Assembly (NCBI GenBank): GCA_964016885.1 | Contig: OZ024741.1 | Span: 211,792,001 to 211,856,000, forward strand | Source of the DNA: Eledone cirrhosa | Taxonomy: Eukaryota | Direction: 5' to 3' | DNA: 64,000 nucleotides | Shown: positions 62,201-64,000 of the stretch, piece by piece | Position numbering within the stretch: position 1 is the first letter of the stretch | Layout: every line of letters begins with the position of its first letter | Position numbers and translations under genes: made by a program | The notes under the pieces: generated by a model | The model's database searches: none | Told to the model about the DNA's origin: nothing | What the model saw: the letters and a program-made list of their open reading frames with translations, nothing else

Positions 62201-64000
62201 GTTGTTATCGTTGTTGATGTTGTTATTGTTGATGTTGTTATTGTTGTTGATGTTGTTATTGTTGTTGATGTTGTCATTGTTGTTGATGTTGTCATTGTTG
62301 TTGATGTTTTCATTGTTGTTGATGTTGTTATTGTTGTTGATGTTGTTATTGTTGTTGATGTTGTCATTGTTGTTGGTGTTTTCATTGTTGTCGATGTTGT
62401 TATTGTTGTTGATGTTGTTATTGTTGTTGGTGTTGTCATTGTTGTTGATGTTGTTATTGTTGTTGATGTTGTTATTGTTGTTGATGTTGTCATTGTTGTT
62501 GATGTTTTTATTTTTGTTGGTGTTCTCATTGTTGTTGATGTTGTTATTGTTGTTGATGTTGTCATTGTTGTTGATGTTGTTATTGTTGTTGATGTTGTTA
62601 TTGTTGGTGATGTTGTTATTGTTGATGTTGTTATTGTTGTTGATGTTGTCATTGTTGTTGATGTTGTTCTTGTTGTTGATGTTGTCATTGTTGTTGATGT
62701 TGTCATTGTTGTTGATGTTGTTATTGTTGTTGATGTTGTCATTGTTATTGATGTTGTTATTGTTGTTGATGTTGTTATTGTTGATGTTGTTATTGTTGTT
62801 GATGTTATCATTGTTGTTGATGTTGATATCGTTGTTGATGTTGTTATTGTTGATGTTGTTATTGTTGTTGATGTTGTTATTGTTGTTGATGTTGTTATTG
62901 TTGTTGATGTTGTCATTGTTGTTGATGTTGTCATTGTTGTTGATGTTGTCATTGTTGTTGATGTTGTTATTGTTGTTGATGTTGTCATTGTTGTTGATGT
63001 TGTCATTGTTGTTGATGTTTTCATTGTTGTTGATGTTGTTATTGTTGTTGATGTTGTTATTGTTGTTGATGTTGTTATTGTTGTTGATGTTGTCATTGTT
63101 GTTGATGTTGTTATTGTTGTTGATGTTGATATTGTTGTTGATGTTGTTATTGTTGTTGTCATTGTTGTTGATGTTGTCATTGTTGTTGGTGTTGTCATTG
63201 TTGTTGGTGTTGTCATTGTTGTTGATGTTGTTATTGTTGTTGATGTTGTCATTGTTGTTGATGTTGTTATTGTTGTTGATGTTGATATTGTTGTTGGTGT
63301 TGTCATTGTTGTTGATGTTGTTATTGTTGTTGATGTTGTTATTGTTGTTGATGTTGTTATTGTTGTTGATGTTGTCATTGTTGTTGATGTTGTTATTGTT
63401 GTTGATGTTGTTATTGTTGTTGATGTTGTTATTGTTGATGTTGTTTTTGCTGTTGATGTTGTCATTGTTGTTGATGTTGTTATTGTCGTTGATGTTGTCA
63501 TTGTTGTTGATGTTGTCATTGTTGTTGATGTTGTTATTGTTGTTGATGTTGTTATTGTTGTTGATGTTGTCATTGTTTTTGATGTTGTCATTGTTGTTGA
63601 TGTTGTCATTATTGTTGATGTTGTTATTGTTGTTGATGTTGTTATTGTTGTTGATGTTGTCATTGTTGTTGATGTTTTCATTCTTGTTGATGTTGTTATT
63701 ATTGTTGATGTTGTTATTGTTGTTGGTGTTGTCATTGTTGTTGATGTTGTTATTGTTGTTGATGTTGTTATTGTTGTTGATGTTGTTATTGTTGTTGATG
63801 TTGTCATTGTTGTTGATGTTGTTATTGTTGTTGATGTTGTTATTGTTGTTGATGTTGTTATTGTTGTTGATGTTGTCATTGTTGTTGATGTTGTTATTGT
63901 TGTTGATGTTGTCATTGTTGTTGATGTTGTTGGTGTTGTCATTGTTGTTGATGTTGTTATTGTTGTTGATGTTGTTATTGTTGTTGATGTTGTCATTGTT
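54985..64000. repeat. ~2.5-kb HOR units (2577, 2490, 1890, >2050 bp) forming a 4362/4380-bp dimeric period
   Basis: The TTTATGATATT landmark is at about 54984, 57561, 60051 and 61941. GATATC is at 55955, 58445 and 62825. The 684-aa repeat translations at 57562 and 61942 are near-identical. Confidence 0.88.

Larger units (their letters stand above)
1..64000. repeat. 18-bp tandem satellite array, consensus GATGTTGT(T/C)ATTGTTGTT, about 3,500 monomers, single orientation, running off both window edges
   Basis: The monomer is visible on every line. The two major variants differ at position 9 (T/C). The monomer is two related 9-mers (GATGTTGTT + ATTGTTGTT) on a GTT triplet base. The copy number is simply 64000/18. 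Confidence 0.99.

Noticed and set aside
1629-63996. Mucin-like Thr/Ser-rich CDS on the minus strand (TTSTTI/TTSTTM)
   Set aside because: This frame is repeatedly broken by stops (+ strand GTTTATGAT gives TAA; GTTCAT gives TGA) and by amplified frameshift monomers. There is no signal peptide, Cys domain or any unique flanking sequence.
1-64000. CRISPR array or other repeat-spacer system
   Set aside because: Monomers abut directly with no unique spacers, leader, palindromic repeat or cas genes. HOR middles are rearranged monomers, not foreign DNA.
1-64000. De novo template-synthesised repeat (telomerase or defence-associated reverse transcriptase concatemer product)
   Set aside because: Rare variants are inherited in kb-scale blocks at fixed offsets, which indicates DNA-level duplication rather than repeated copying of a short RNA template. 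No RT or template locus is present.
1-64000. Pure sequencing or synthetic artefact
   Set aside because: Nested, phylogenetically consistent sharing of rare variants is unlike random error. Copy numbers of individual near-identical blocks could still be misassembled.
1-64000. G-quadruplexes, hairpins, terminators, promoters, RNA genes or transposon ends
   Set aside because: There are no GGG tracts, almost no C for stable stems, and no inverted segments or non-repeat insertions. Any promoter-like hexamer would be an incidental repeat variant.

Overview
The whole 64 kb window is one uninterrupted, single-orientation tandem array of an 18-bp monomer, consensus GATGTTGT(T/C)ATTGTTGTT, which looks derived from (GTT)n through a 9-bp half-unit. 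I see no unique sequence, gene, RNA gene, transposon or CRISPR array. The long ORFs (poly-L/M, DVVIVV, TTSTTI/M, NNNNNI) are just the reading frames of the repeat. The information lies in the pattern of variant monomers, which shows nested higher-order repeats (HORs). A left domain (about 0.3-27.6 kb) consists of variable-length units (745-4615 bp), each starting at the same 5-bp-deletion monomer and grouped into a ~10.3 kb super-repeat. A degenerate seam lies at about 28-29.1 kb. A right domain has a different variant set and tandem duplications of 1097, 3819, 5494/5476 and 2490/4362-4380 bp. The most parsimonious reading is non-coding satellite DNA, probably eukaryotic (inference). The sequence does not support a novel gene system. 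The interest is in array architecture and history. All coordinates were read by eye from landmark variants and the ORF track, so boundaries are approximate.
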